This document shows positions 13,290 to 24,976 of a DNA stretch of 64,000 nucleotides, piece after piece. Position numbers and translations under genes: made by a program. Within the stretch, counting starts at the first letter, position 1; each line of letters opens with the position of its first letter. The stretch lies in contig OX597829.1 in assembly GCA_951406725.2 (NCBI GenBank), positions 6,634,001 to 6,698,000 of the forward strand, read 5' to 3'. The DNA comes from Octopus vulgaris (taxonomy: Eukaryota). Below the pieces are notes generated by a model. The model worked only from the letters and a program-made list of their open reading frames with translations, was not told where the DNA came from and did no database searches.

Positions 13290-13475
13290 ATAATGATTTC
13301 CTATTTTGGCGCAAGGCCTTAAATTTGAAGGGAGGGGAGTAGTCGATTACATCTACCCTAGTATTCAAGTGGTACTTATTTTGTGTACTCCGAAAGGAAG
13401 GAAGCATAGTCGTCCTCGGCTAAATTTGAACTCAGAACATGCAGACGGACTAAATAGTTACAAAGCGTCTGCCGT
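13290..13475 (-). mobile_element. SINE family B (Meta/MESC-like central domain), diverged
   Basis: Reverse complement of ...ctgagttcaaatttagccgaggacgac...cctttcggag...ataagtaccac..., adjacent to (AAT)n. Confidence 0.65.
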
Positions 13476-13481
13476 CTAACC

Positions 13482-13579
<98 letters not shown>

Positions 13580-13616
13580 TAATAATAATAATAATGATAA
13601 TAATAATAATAATAAC

Positions 13617-13664
<48 letters not shown>

Positions 13665-13692
13665 GATAATGATAATAATAATAATGATAATA

Positions 13693-13738
<46 letters not shown>

Positions 13739-13895
13739 GATGATGATGATGATGATGAAAAGGGGGAGAAGGAGAAGAAGAATTAGAAAAGAAGAAGAAG
13801 AAGAAGAAGAAGAAGAAGAAGAAGAAGAAGAAGAAGAAGAGGAAGAATAGGAGGAAGAAGGGGAGGAGGAGCAACAGCAACAACAACAACAACAA
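13482..13895. repeat. (AAT)n, (GAT)n, (GAA)n, (CAA)n compound microsatellite
   Basis: Direct reading. Confidence 0.95.
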
Positions 13896-14774
13896 CCACA
13901 AAACAGCAAGGCTATACAAGACGGACGGAAGGAAGGAAGTCTCAGAAAATCAAGTGTGAGTATCCGGAAGGGAGAAATAATGGAGAAAGAAAAAAGAATG
14001 CTGGGCGCAAGGAGAAGAAAGGGTAAATGATGATGAGAGGAGAGGAGATGGTGAAAGCAAGTGATGGTGAGAGTGAGGAAGGGCGAATGAGTGTGAGTTA
14101 AGAAGGGGCGAAGAAGTATTATGCCATTTATAGACATGAATGAAGGCAGAAGAAAGAGTGAAAAAGGGAAAGGAGGAGGAAGAAAAGAAACTAAGATGAT
14201 GTTGAGGAGGAGATTGAAGCAAACGAGAAGAGAGTAAGCGAAAGAGGAAAGCGGAAAGAGCGATGAACGAAGATTGATAATCATTTATCGAAACTCTTCC
14301 GGTTGAGAAAATAAAAACAACAACAACCAAAAAAAAAAAAAGAAAAAAAGCTGAAAGCTAAAAGGAAAAGAATAAGGAAATAAATATATAAAATATACAG
14401 GGCAAAAAAATATAAATAAGAATAATGCGGCAGGGAAAGATTGTAAAAGAAAATCAAAAATAAATGAAAGAAAGAAAGGGAATGAACAAGAATGAGAAAG
14501 GAAAACAATGAAAAAAAAACTAAAGGAAACCCAAAACGTCGGCGGTTGACGCAGGGACCTGTCAGGATGACACGTGGCTCTGCTAATCAAAGCAGGAGAA
14601 ACATCCTGAAAAAACAATAACAAATAAAATCAATAGAACAATAACAAGAGCAGAACATATATATATATATATATACACACATGGACACACATATATTTAT
14701 GTATATATATACACACAAACAAACACACACACGCACAAGCTCACACAACACACATATATATATATATACGTATA

Positions 14775-14808
<34 letters not shown>

Positions 14809-14907
14809 CGTATATATATATATATATACGTATATATATATTTACATATATATGTATGTATATCTATACGTATTTATATCTACTTGTATATATATATGTG
14901 TGTGTGC

Positions 14908-14958
<51 letters not shown>

Positions 14959-15271
14959 GCAGGCAGGGTTCATCATTCTTGGCAGGGATTGAGTGGTGGT
15001 TATAGTGTGCGGGGACACAATAAAAAGTGAGGGATCGGACGGGACGAGAACGGGACGAGACGGGACATAACAAGTATGTTGCGCCTGTGTGCACGTGCCT
15101 ACACGTGTGGCACAGGATGTATGTTTACGTGCAAGTGTATCCGTGTTTGTGCGTGTGTGTGTCTGTGTATGTGTGAGTGTGTGTGTGTGTTTTTCTGTGT
15201 GTGCTTTTGCAATTGATGTCTGTCCTTTTTTTAGTGTATATGTAAGAGTACAGTTTCCTTGCGTATGCTCG

Positions 15272-15313
<42 letters not shown>

Positions 15314-15889
15314 TGTGTGTTCGCGTGCGTGTTGTTTCAGTAGTTGCAACAGAGAAATGAAATGAAATGTAGAGAAATAGAAGAGATTAAGATCAGGTAA
15401 AATGAATTTTGTGTCGATAACGATGTAAAAAAAAAAGAGAGAAAGAAAGAAAGATGGATAGAAAGAAAGAATGAAAGAAAGAAAGAAAGAAAGAAAGAAA
15501 GGAAGACAGACAGAAAGAAAGAAAGAAGGAAAGAAAGAAAGAATGAATGAACGAGTGTCATATTGGTAACGAAATATTGAAACCACCACATATAGAAACT
15601 GAAAATTTATGGAGCCAGTGTTGTCAAAACAATAGTTTTGTTTATCAATAGATTATATTATAATGTTATTGTTACTGTGAATAAGTTGAGGACAGAAGCA
15701 TCAGAACTGGTTCAACGATCCAAGAATGAACAATGGTTTACTAGTTTTTCTTTATGTTTCTTTATAGTCACAGATCAAATCCGGATGGAGTTAAAATTTA
15801 TTTAAATGTTATTTATTAGAAGTTGATTACATTGACAATAAACTTCAGACAAATTGCGATACGCTTGTTCGAAATTATAATATGGTGTC

Positions 15890-16060
15890 AAATTTAGGCA
15901 CACAGCCAGCAAGTTTACAGGTAGAGGTAAGTTTATTACATCGATTCTAGTATTCAACTAATTGTTATTTTACCGATACTGAAAGGCTGAAAAGCAAAGT
16001 GGGTCCCGGTGGAGTTTGCATAAAAGCAAAGAAGAAATGCCGCTCAGCATTTTGGCGACG
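15890..16060 (-). mobile_element. SINE family B, highly diverged
   Basis: tgaaaggctgaaaagcaaagtgggtcccggtggagtttg...gaaatgccgctcagcattt is similar to the reverse complement of the 21103 copy. Confidence 0.5.
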
Positions 16061-16364
16061 CACTTGAGAAAAGTTTTAATTAAATAATTAAAAGTTGAGA
16101 GTGTTTAGAGAAAAAGCGTGTATATTGGCCCCATTACGTAACTGGTACTTTTTTACGACCCCTGGAATAACGAAAACTAAAGCTGACCTCGGAAGACTTT
16201 GAACTTGGTGGGGCATTGCTATTCATTACACGAAGACACCAAACAGAAGGCTATAGTAACAGTGTGTATACGAAAACTTAAGGAAAACGAGGATGAGTTG
16301 AAAAGTTCACAGACTGACTGTGAAAGAGTTATGCTAAAGCTGCGAAATGTTGTATGCAACGACA

Positions 16365-17215
16365 GGCAAGCTGATATGGTTGCTATATTAAGGGATGAGG
16401 CGCCAGCTTTATAAACAGTGCAAAAGCGAGCCAAAGGGGAATAGAGAGACTTCAAGATAACCCAAGGTCTGAAGATCATGTATCTTCTATCACCGAGGAA
16501 GCCATCGTGTTCAGTCCCGTGAGATAGTTGAGAATATTCTGCACTATAAACAAAGGTTTTTGCTCGGAGGGTGTCACGTCTTCTGACGCCGGATCATAAG
16601 TTCATCGAGGCAGATCCAGCTGGAATTCCTTGCTTGTTTCCTAACCGAGGATGAATGTTGGTTTCATTACTTTGAACCAGGTACAAAGAGACAATGCATA
16701 AACTGGAAACACCTCCCCTTACCTGCTTCAAAGAATGCCAAAATATTTTCATCTACAGGAAAGTGGGTGGCTTCCGTTCTTTCCAGAGGAAAAGGTATGT
16801 GTTTATTGACTATCTTTGAAAGGGCCTCACCATGGAGAGCACTATGCCAAATTACTGAGGTAGTTGCGAAAGGCTATCAAGACCAAATCTCCAGATATAC
16901 CGGCGAAAGGGGTCTTCATTAGGACAGTGCTCTAGTACAAAAGTCCTTGTTTACAATGGCTGCTGTGCATAACTAGATTTGAACTGGTTGATCACCCTCT
17001 CTGCTCTCCTGGTTTGGTCCCATCTTGAAATCATAACTGCTATGAATAATTTGGGGATCAAGAGTGTAAAAGATTATTCACCAATAGGATCCTGCTATAT
17101 CGACGGATAAAGTGAGTGCGCCGAAAGGGGAATTATACTGAAAATTAAACCACATTTTATCACATTCCACGAGGGTGTCTTGGTAAGGCAATGAACTTTT
17201 CAGCCGACCCTGGTA
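16365..17215 (+). mobile_element. Mariner (Tc1/mariner) DNA transposon relic
   Basis: Disrupted frames give ADMVAILRDEAPAL, ARRVSRLLTPDH (WVPRLL motif), LTEDECWFHYFEP (TGDETW) and ELVDHPLCSPGLVPS (HPPYSPDLAPS). A TIR-like end aatgaacttttcagccgaccctggTA is present. Confidence 0.8.
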
Positions 17216-17306
17216 TGTATGTATACATCTTTGTTGGTATGTGTGTATGTATTTTTGTGCACATATAAGTATATGTTTTTTCTTGTTTGTTTTTCTCTGT
17301 TTGGAT

Positions 17307-17360
<54 letters not shown>

Positions 17361-17788
17361 AATTAAGGACTGAACACGAAAAGGTGGACAGTCAACATGC
17401 TAGATATAGACGTCAAATCGCCATTCTCCACAAAGATTTTGTTCTCAAATAAAAATAAAATTCAGCACGACCTAAAGCAATTTCGTGTTCAGTCCTTAAT
17501 TGGTATATATAAATATTTTAATCTTCGGATTCTTTTTAATGTGCTAGACCACTGGTTTTAATTGACTAATATCAATTTTTACCCTTAATTTTTAAATATG
17601 AAATATATGTTCTCAAACCGATAAATTGACTGCTGCTAATTATTAGCTGCAGGCTGGTTTTTCGATTATCAGCGCGCCAAAAGTAGAGGCATTTGAAAGA
17701 TACATCCGAACGTAATAGGTCGTACTTTTTGCATGCGGGACTCCGGTACCGTTTTTCATCTAGTACGGCATATTATGCTCATAACAAA

Positions 17789-17850
17789 CTACGCTGACGA
17801 AGCTACAGATATCCTTGTGATATTAATAGCTGAAACTATACGGTACGTAG
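17789..17850 (+). ncRNA. Type I hammerhead ribozyme motif
   Basis: ctacg-CTGACGA-agcta-(21 nt)-tagct-GAAAC-tatacg-GTA-cgtag gives a 5-bp helix I, a 5-bp helix II and a canonical core. Confidence 0.8.
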
Positions 17851-18266
17851 GTGATTATTCCATTTCGTATATTTCTTTCGTCTCATCCATTGCTTTAGGT
17901 CGTGCTGGCTGAATTTTATTTTTATTTGAGAACAAAATCTTTGTGGAGAATGGCGATTTGACGTCTATATCTAGCATGTTGACTGTCCACCTTTTCGTGT
18001 TCAGTCCTTAATTGGTATATATAAATATTTTAATCTTTTTAATGTGCTAGACCACTGGTTTTAATTGACTAATATCAATTTTTCTTAATTTTTAATGTGT
18101 TCTCAAACCGATAAATTGACTGCTGCTAATTATTAGCTGCAGGCTGGTTTTTCAGCGCGCCAAAAGTAGAATTTGAAAGATACATCCAACGTAATAGGTC
18201 GTACTTTTTGCATGCGGGACTCCGGTACCGTTTTCATCTAGTACGGCATATTATGCTCATAACAAA

Positions 18267-18323
18267 CTACGCTGACGAAGCTACAGATATCCTTGTGATA
18301 TTAATAGCTGAAACTGTACGTAG
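18267..18323 (+). ncRNA. Second copy of the hammerhead motif with helix III loop deleted
   Basis: ctacg-CTGACGA-agcta...tagct-GAAAC-t-GTA-cgtag. Confidence 0.55.
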
Positions 18324-18489
18324 GTCGTATATTTCTTTCGTCTCAAGGTCGTGCTGAATTTTATTTTATTTTTACGATTTGACGTCTATATCTAGCATGT
18401 TGACTGTCCACCTTTTCGTGTTCAGTCCTTAATTGGTATATATAAATATTTTAATCTTCGGATTCTTTTAATGTGCTAGACCACTGGTT

Positions 18490-18520
<31 letters not shown>

Positions 18521-18522
<2 letters not shown>

Positions 18523-18853
18523 ATACAAAATAAGAAAATGGAGAAATACACCTTAATCAATAGTCAACTACCAGACAATATCCAATCACATAATTTATTA
18601 GTAGTTGGTTAATAAATTATGTGATTGGGTATTATCTGGTAGTCGATTATTGATTAAGGTGTATTTCTCCATTTTCTTATTTTGTATTAATAATTTGTGG
18701 TAAAACATTTTACCTTTGCCCATATAATACAGTAAATGAATTGACTGCATCGCAATTCTTAACATTTATGTATTAACTTTGTTGGGTGCTTTACTGGCAG
18801 TATGTTGGATACATGTTATCCCATGGTGGGTTGCACTCACAACGCCTATCTCA

Positions 18854-18856
<3 letters not shown>
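18521..18856 (+). mobile_element. Fold-back element (80-bp arms, 4 mismatches) plus tail in (TA)n
   Basis: Arms 18521-18600 / 18610-18689 with a 9-nt loop and a tail to ~18856. Confidence 0.6.
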
Positions 18857-18913
<57 letters not shown>

Positions 18914-18924
18914 ATATATATATG

Positions 18925-19097
18925 TCGCCGTTGGCGATTTTTTTTCCTCCGTCTTCCCTTCCTTGGATCTTTCCTTTTTCTATGTTTCTGACGAAGAGCT
19001 CCGCTCGAAACGTTAGATCCCCCTTCTTTCTTTCCTTTCCTGGACGTCCAATAAAACTATACTTGTTTCACGTCCTCGCGTTGTTGTGTTTTCTCTT
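18925..19097 (+). mobile_element. PLE-like/retrozyme fragment with minimal HHR motif
   Basis: 18985-19017 reads ttt-CTGACGA-a-GAGC-tcc-GCTC-GAAAC-GTT-aga. Related pieces lie at 19878-19975 (inverted) and 24138-24228. Confidence 0.65.
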
Positions 19098-19422
19098 ATA
19101 CATACATATATATGTTTTCTCTTATACGTATACATATATGTATGTATAAGAAAAAAACCGGTCCTGCATTATCCGATTCTAGGTTGTCCATTTATCGAAT
19201 GTTCTTCCTAGAGGTAAGACAAATTTTTCATGTTTGTTGCACACACGCGTCTTTGCTAGTAAATACGCAGTGAAGCTATACAATAGCGTCGTATTTATAT
19301 CGATTGCTATTTTCCAGTAAATATTGGTGCCTTGTTGTACCATTTATCTACTTTTATATATATATTTATATATACCTATATGTGCACAAAAATACATACA
19401 CACATATTAACATAGATGTATA

Positions 19423-19588
19423 CAGGAGCGGCTGTGTGGTAAGTAGCTTGCTTACCAACCATATGGTTCCGGGCTCAGTCCCATTGCGTGACACCTTGGG
19501 TAGGTGTCTTCTACCATAGCCTCGGGTTGTCCAAAGCCATGTGAGTGGATTTGGTAAACGGAAACTGAAAGAAGCCGTCGTATATATG

Positions 19589-19623
<35 letters not shown>

Positions 19624-19842
19624 ATTTGGGTGTCTCTGTTTGCCCCCCACCCCCCAAAAGAAACATCCCTTGACAACCGATGCTGCTGTGTTTACGTCCC
19701 CCAAACTTAGCGGTTCGGCAAAAGAGACCGATAGAATAAGTACTAGGTTTACAAAGAATAAGTCCTGGCGTCGATTTGCTCGACTAAAGACGGTGCTCCA
19801 GCATGGCCGCAGTCAAATAACCGAAACAAGTAAAAGAGTAAA

Positions 19843-19844
<2 letters not shown>
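19423..19844 (+). mobile_element. SINE family A, full length
   Basis: caggagcggctgtgtggtaagtagc...gaaacaagtaaaagagtaaaag. Confidence 0.9.
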
Positions 19845-19877
<33 letters not shown>

Positions 19878-19881
<4 letters not shown>

Positions 19882-19975
19882 ATCCAAACAAAGAAGAACA
19901 AACAAGAAAAATCAATAACGCGAGGACGTGGTACAAGACGCTCAGGAAAGGAAAGAAAGAGAATCTAACGTTTAC
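19878..19975 (-). mobile_element. Inverted partial copy of the 18925 element
   Basis: The reverse complement aaacgttagattctctttctttcctttcctgagcgtc...cacgtcctcgcgttattg matches 19008-19086. Confidence 0.65.
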
Positions 19976-21102
19976 TACTCAAAAATGCATTGAGATGTCA
20001 TGCAGCACTAAATACAGACTCATCATTATATGAGGCATCATGAAGCCTGTTCTGAGAGGGTGGTTGCAGGAAAAAGAACTTTTATACCACAGAGTATGGG
20101 TTACTCCAGACACTTAAAAGAATAGCTACAGGAATACAGTTACGAGATTGGTAGCGTGACTCAAATACGCCATTTTTCTTCGATCCTGGCTGATAGGCCT
20201 GACAAATGGACAACCTATTACATAGAATCCATTATATGTTTTCTTTTGATTATCACACCTGAATACAGGCCACCTTGAATGTATGAATGTATGAATGGCG
20301 TTCCAGTCGTTATAAATAGCCTGACGTTCAAGGATAACCACCAGAGGTTAATGAAATTTGGCTTTCTGATCCTCTTGGAGCAGAAATAGCTACTAGTCCA
20401 AGAGTACAGATCACGTTCAGGACCACTAATATACATTTTGGCTCCAAGATGGTCCATATCTTAAGGTCTAGGATCTTCCTAAACTACAAAGTGGTTCTAT
20501 TTCTAATCTCGGTCCACTTGGAGAGTAGATCTTGTATTCAACGACAATGGGCAAGAAGGCTTGTTGATCGAAAACCCAGGTAACATTGATGGTCGTCACA
20601 TCTATATCTAGTGATTTGATGTCATTGAGTAGGTGGATCTGCTTCTAATGTGACCCCAGCTATATGCGTTTGCATTGCCTCTTCTGACAACGACCATGGT
20701 GGACATCAAGAGGAAGGTGAGAAAATATTACTTATTCTTATGGAGAAATAGGAGCTTCACAACCTCCGAACGGTTGTGGGTATTTTCACAAACAATTCTT
20801 CGCATTATCATTTTTGCTTATTTTCCCTAACGTCTGCTATTCCTTTGAGTTGTTGCGTTGCAATATTTGAATGATTTTTATGCGTAATGGTGTGCTATTT
20901 GTTTGTGTGTTGAAATTATTCAAATAATGCGTGTGCGTTATTGTATGTGCTTCATTAACTCTATGTTGTTTGCAAATAAGACAATAATTTAAAATGTAAA
21001 GTAGCGATGGTTCTTGACTTGGGTGTATAAAGTGTGTTTTTGATGTTTATGAGGATGGATGTCTTTGTGTTGATTGTGATGTCGGTGGTTATTATGTTGA
21101 TA

Positions 21103-21337
21103 GGGCGGCGAGCTGGCAGAAACGTTAGCACGCCGGGCGAAATGCTTAGCGGTATTTCGTCTGCGTTACGTTGTGAGTTCAAATTCCGCCGAGGTCGACT
21201 TTGCCTTTCATCCTTTCGGGGTCGATAAATTAAGTACCAGTTACGCACTGGGGTCGATGTAATCGACTTAATACCTATGTCTGTCCTTGTTTGTCCCCTC
21301 TATGTTTAGCCTTTTATGGGTAATAAAGAAATAAGTA
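21103..21337 (+). mobile_element. tRNA-derived SINE family B, well preserved
   Basis: ggcggcgagctggcagaaacgttag...gagttcaaattcc (B box), central gccgaggtcgactttgcctttcatcctttcggggtcgataaattaagtaccag (Meta/MESC-like domain), tail ...gggtaataaagaaata. Confidence 0.88.
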
Positions 21338-21909
21338 TTGGTGTTCTTGTTGATGTCATTGGTGTGACCTTCTTGGAAATGTCACCTTGTCATACGACGT
21401 GTTTGAGTGACCCAAGCGGAGAGGGAATGTCTTATGATTCATTGACATTTTGTTTTGTTGTTGATGCGATGGATATTGAGGAAGGTGTCTCTGTTGTTGA
21501 TTTTGGTGCTATTTCTACCACTATAGGTGTCCCTGTTTATGTTGTTGTTGTACCACTAGTGTTACTGCCGTTACTGTTCCCCAAGCAGCTACTATTGCTG
21601 CTATTACTTCTGTTACTACTCTTGGGTTTTGCAGTTGCTGCCATCATTGTTGTAGTGGTTTCACGCTGCCGTTCATGCCGCTGCTGTTGTGATGATGGTG
21701 TCGGCAGAGGTAAAGATCTCTCTACACTCCTCCTTTCTATAGACAGATGGCCTTCAGAAGGTTTGTATCACTACCTGACTCTGGTATCTTGGCTTCCTGC
21801 CCTTAAGAACCACGTACTGGTTTTACCACATACATATCGATCAGTTCCGCGATAGATTCAATTCTTCTTGAACCGTTTGGAGCAATACTATCATCTCTTG
21901 GCCTGAACA

Positions 21910-21990
<81 letters not shown>

Positions 21991-22386
21991 ATGGTAAAAC
22001 CATGCTCTCTAATCGGCAAGTTTCGATGCAGAAAATTATTTTTTGCAGAATCACCTCCGGCTTCGGCGAGACAGAACGAAGACATTTGAAATATACACCG
22101 AAATATAATTTATAGAACTGTATGCATGTTCTCTCTCGTGTATAGTCCTGCCAATTATATTTTCCATGACGGTCACACTCAGGATTTGCAGACATTTACA
22201 TAATATAAATGGTAACAATGAAATCTTGGTATGTGACTATTCATTATATTTTGTATCTTTTCATTTGTTTTGCTAGCTTACGCTCTGGCGTTTGCCGAAT
22301 TTTCTTGAGAATTATTTCTCTTAGTGGTAAGACCATATGGGGTCTACCTTTAGCATATTAAGAATCCACCTAGTGGTCATTCCTCC

Positions 22387-22419
<33 letters not shown>

Positions 22420-22853
22420 TTACTTTCTACTTTTTACTTGTTTCAGTCATGTGACTGTGGCCATGCTGGAGCACCGCCTTTAGTCGAGCAAATCTATCCC
22501 AGGACTTATTCTTTGTAAGCCTAGTACTTATACTATCGGTCTCTTTTGCCAAACCGCTAAGTTACGGGGATGTAAACACACCAGCATCGGTTGTCAAGCG
22601 TTGTTGGGGGGGGGGACAAACGCAGATACACAAAAATATACACACACATACATACACGCATACATATATATATATACATATACATATATAGGACGGGCTT
22701 CTTTCAGCTTCCGTCTACCAAATCCACTCACAAGGCTTTGGTCGACCCGAAGCTATAGTAGAAGAAACTTGCCCAAGGTGCCACGCAGTGGGATTGAACC
22801 TGGAACCATGTGGTTGGTAAACAAGCTACTTACCACACAGCCACTCCGACGCC
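22420..22853 (-). mobile_element. SINE family A, full length
   Basis: Reverse complement of family A. Confidence 0.9.
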
Positions 22854-22862
22854 TATATATAA

Positions 22863-22913
<51 letters not shown>

Positions 22914-23577
22914 AGAAATAGGAGTCCCCATCACACCATATCATAGAATTTTCTTTTAATACTTCCTATTTCAGTTCCAAATTTCTCTTCTACACGTGTT
23001 TCATGAGGTGTGTTTAACGTTCCCTAGATACTCAGTCTTTTTCAGAAACATGTCTTAACTACAACGTACGCAGATTTGTCTGTTAGTTAGATTCGTAACT
23101 GTTAAAATAGTTATTGAATTATAAAGAAAGTTATGAAGAGCCCTGATCATTGGGTTTGCAGTTAAGACATGTTTCCCCTTGGTCACAGGAACTGGATAAC
23201 TCCTACCCCATTTCCTGTTTTGACACACAATCACCTCACACTTTCAAAATATACACTACATTTAAGCGCATGCATCCTAATCCTCCAAAGAAGTTTTTCC
23301 AAGGACTATTATTGAACTCTAAAAGCATAAAGACTCTACAATGTATCAGTATACTTATTTATTAATTTTTGTTTATATATATAATTATTTTTTGAAAAAA
23401 ACATTGTAAATTTCTTTTTTCCCCTTCCTCAATTTTAAAAAATTTCTTTTCCCCTTTCAAATCTTGAAAATTTGTCTTGCAATGAAAGCTGGTTTGATTT
23501 ATTATTTTTTCTTTTTTAATTTTTCATATACCCATTTTTATTAAAATTTACTATCAATTTAGCATTCTCTCTCTCTC

Positions 23578-23798
23578 TTTTACTCTTTTACTCTTTTACT
23601 TGTTTCAGTCATTTGACTGCGGCCATGCTGGAGCACCACCTTTTAGTCGAGTAAATCGACCCCGGGACTTATTCTTTGTAAGCCCAGTACTTATTCTACC
23701 GGTCTCTTTTGCCGAACCGCTAAGTAACGGGGACGTAAACACACCAACATTGGTTGTCAAGCAATGCTAGGGGGACAAGCACAGACACACAAACACAT

Positions 23799-23864
<66 letters not shown>

Positions 23865-24026
23865 GACAGGCTTCTTTCAGTTTCCGTCTACCAAATCCAC
23901 TCACAAGGCATTGGTCGGCCCGGGGCTATAGTAGAAGACACTTGCCTAAGATGCCACGCAGTGGGACTGAACCCGGAACCATGTGGTTGGTTAGCAAGCT
24001 ACTTACCACACAGCCACTCCTGCGCC
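23578..24026 (-). mobile_element. SINE family A, full length
   Basis: Reverse complement of family A, ending ...ccacacagccactcctgcgcc. Confidence 0.9.
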
Positions 24027-24070
24027 TATAATATTCTGCCTTATAATATTTTTTCCTCTCCTATACATAC

Positions 24071-24137
<67 letters not shown>

Positions 24138-24138
<1 letters not shown>

Positions 24139-24228
24139 AACGTGTGAAAAGTTGGCGATTTTTTCCTCCGTCTTCCCTTCCTTTGGACTTTCCTCTATTT
24201 CTAAAGAAGACCTTTGCTCGACTCGTTT
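24138..24228 (+). mobile_element. Degenerate copy of the 18925 element
   Basis: gttggcgattttttcctccgtcttcccttcc is shared with 18930-18962. The HHR core is decayed. Confidence 0.6.
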
Positions 24229-24945
24229 TGATAACATAAACATTTCTCTCCTGGAGCTGGGCTACTAGCAACCGCACCCCGAACATTTTTGGTTGATTGT
24301 AGCCCCTGTCACCCTATAGTACTCATTTTGAAAAGACCAACCGACTTCAATTCAGTGGCATCGTGACATGATAGTGATATCGTATGCAATGCAACATACC
24401 CATGACCACGTTCGCTGCGGGCATGGGGGGAGGTGCATATCTTAACCGTTCTAGATTGCGTGGCCGGACACTGAGAGCAAGCGAGTAGAGACATCACTTG
24501 TACACAAAGAATCTGATGCAGAATGGTTTTTAGAAGCTGCCTTTTCATTTGACTACTGAGCAGATGCCACTTACTGCAATCTGCCTCCCAGAATGGTTCC
24601 GAACTGGACGGCCGCTTTCTGGACGGTTACGAAATGACGATGGTCAGTGGTAATGAAAATGCCATATGGTTCCAAATTCACTATTGACCACAGATACTTA
24701 TTTAACCTAGTTGTGTACAGTCATATTTGCCAGTGAACATCAAATGACCACATTCATTCAACTTGGTCTTTGAGAAGACCAGTTCAGCAAGATTACTTGT
24801 CATATAATGTTTGCATGTATATGAAAGCCAGTGGTTCACTCTGTCTCTCTGTATATATGAATGTATGTATGTATGTACGTACGTATGTATGTACGTACGT
24901 ATGTATGTTTTTAAACATGTACGTATGTTCGTTCATATATATATA

Positions 24946-24976
<31 letters not shown>

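Larger units (their letters stand above)
17352..18494 (+). mobile_element. Tandem HHR-containing non-coding units with an inverted 5' segment (PLE pseudo-LTR / retrozyme-like array)
   Basis: Direct units ~17481-17992 and ~17993-18413, plus a partial unit 18414-18494. 17352-17481 is an inverted copy of ~17889-18022. (TA)n flanks both sides. Confidence 0.8.

Noticed and set aside
17481-18494. CRISPR-like or satellite interpretation of the tandem repeats
   Set aside because: The units are ~0.4-0.5 kb with no repeat-spacer structure and the context is eukaryotic.
21316-21855. 179-aa ORF with hydrophobic stretches
   Set aside because: It starts in a SINE tail and runs through degenerate (GTT)/(CTA) low-complexity sequence, with no recognisable domain.
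24330-24790. Possible RTE LINE 3' end on the minus strand (WEADCSKWHLL...)
   Set aside because: The similarity is too weak to call without a search.
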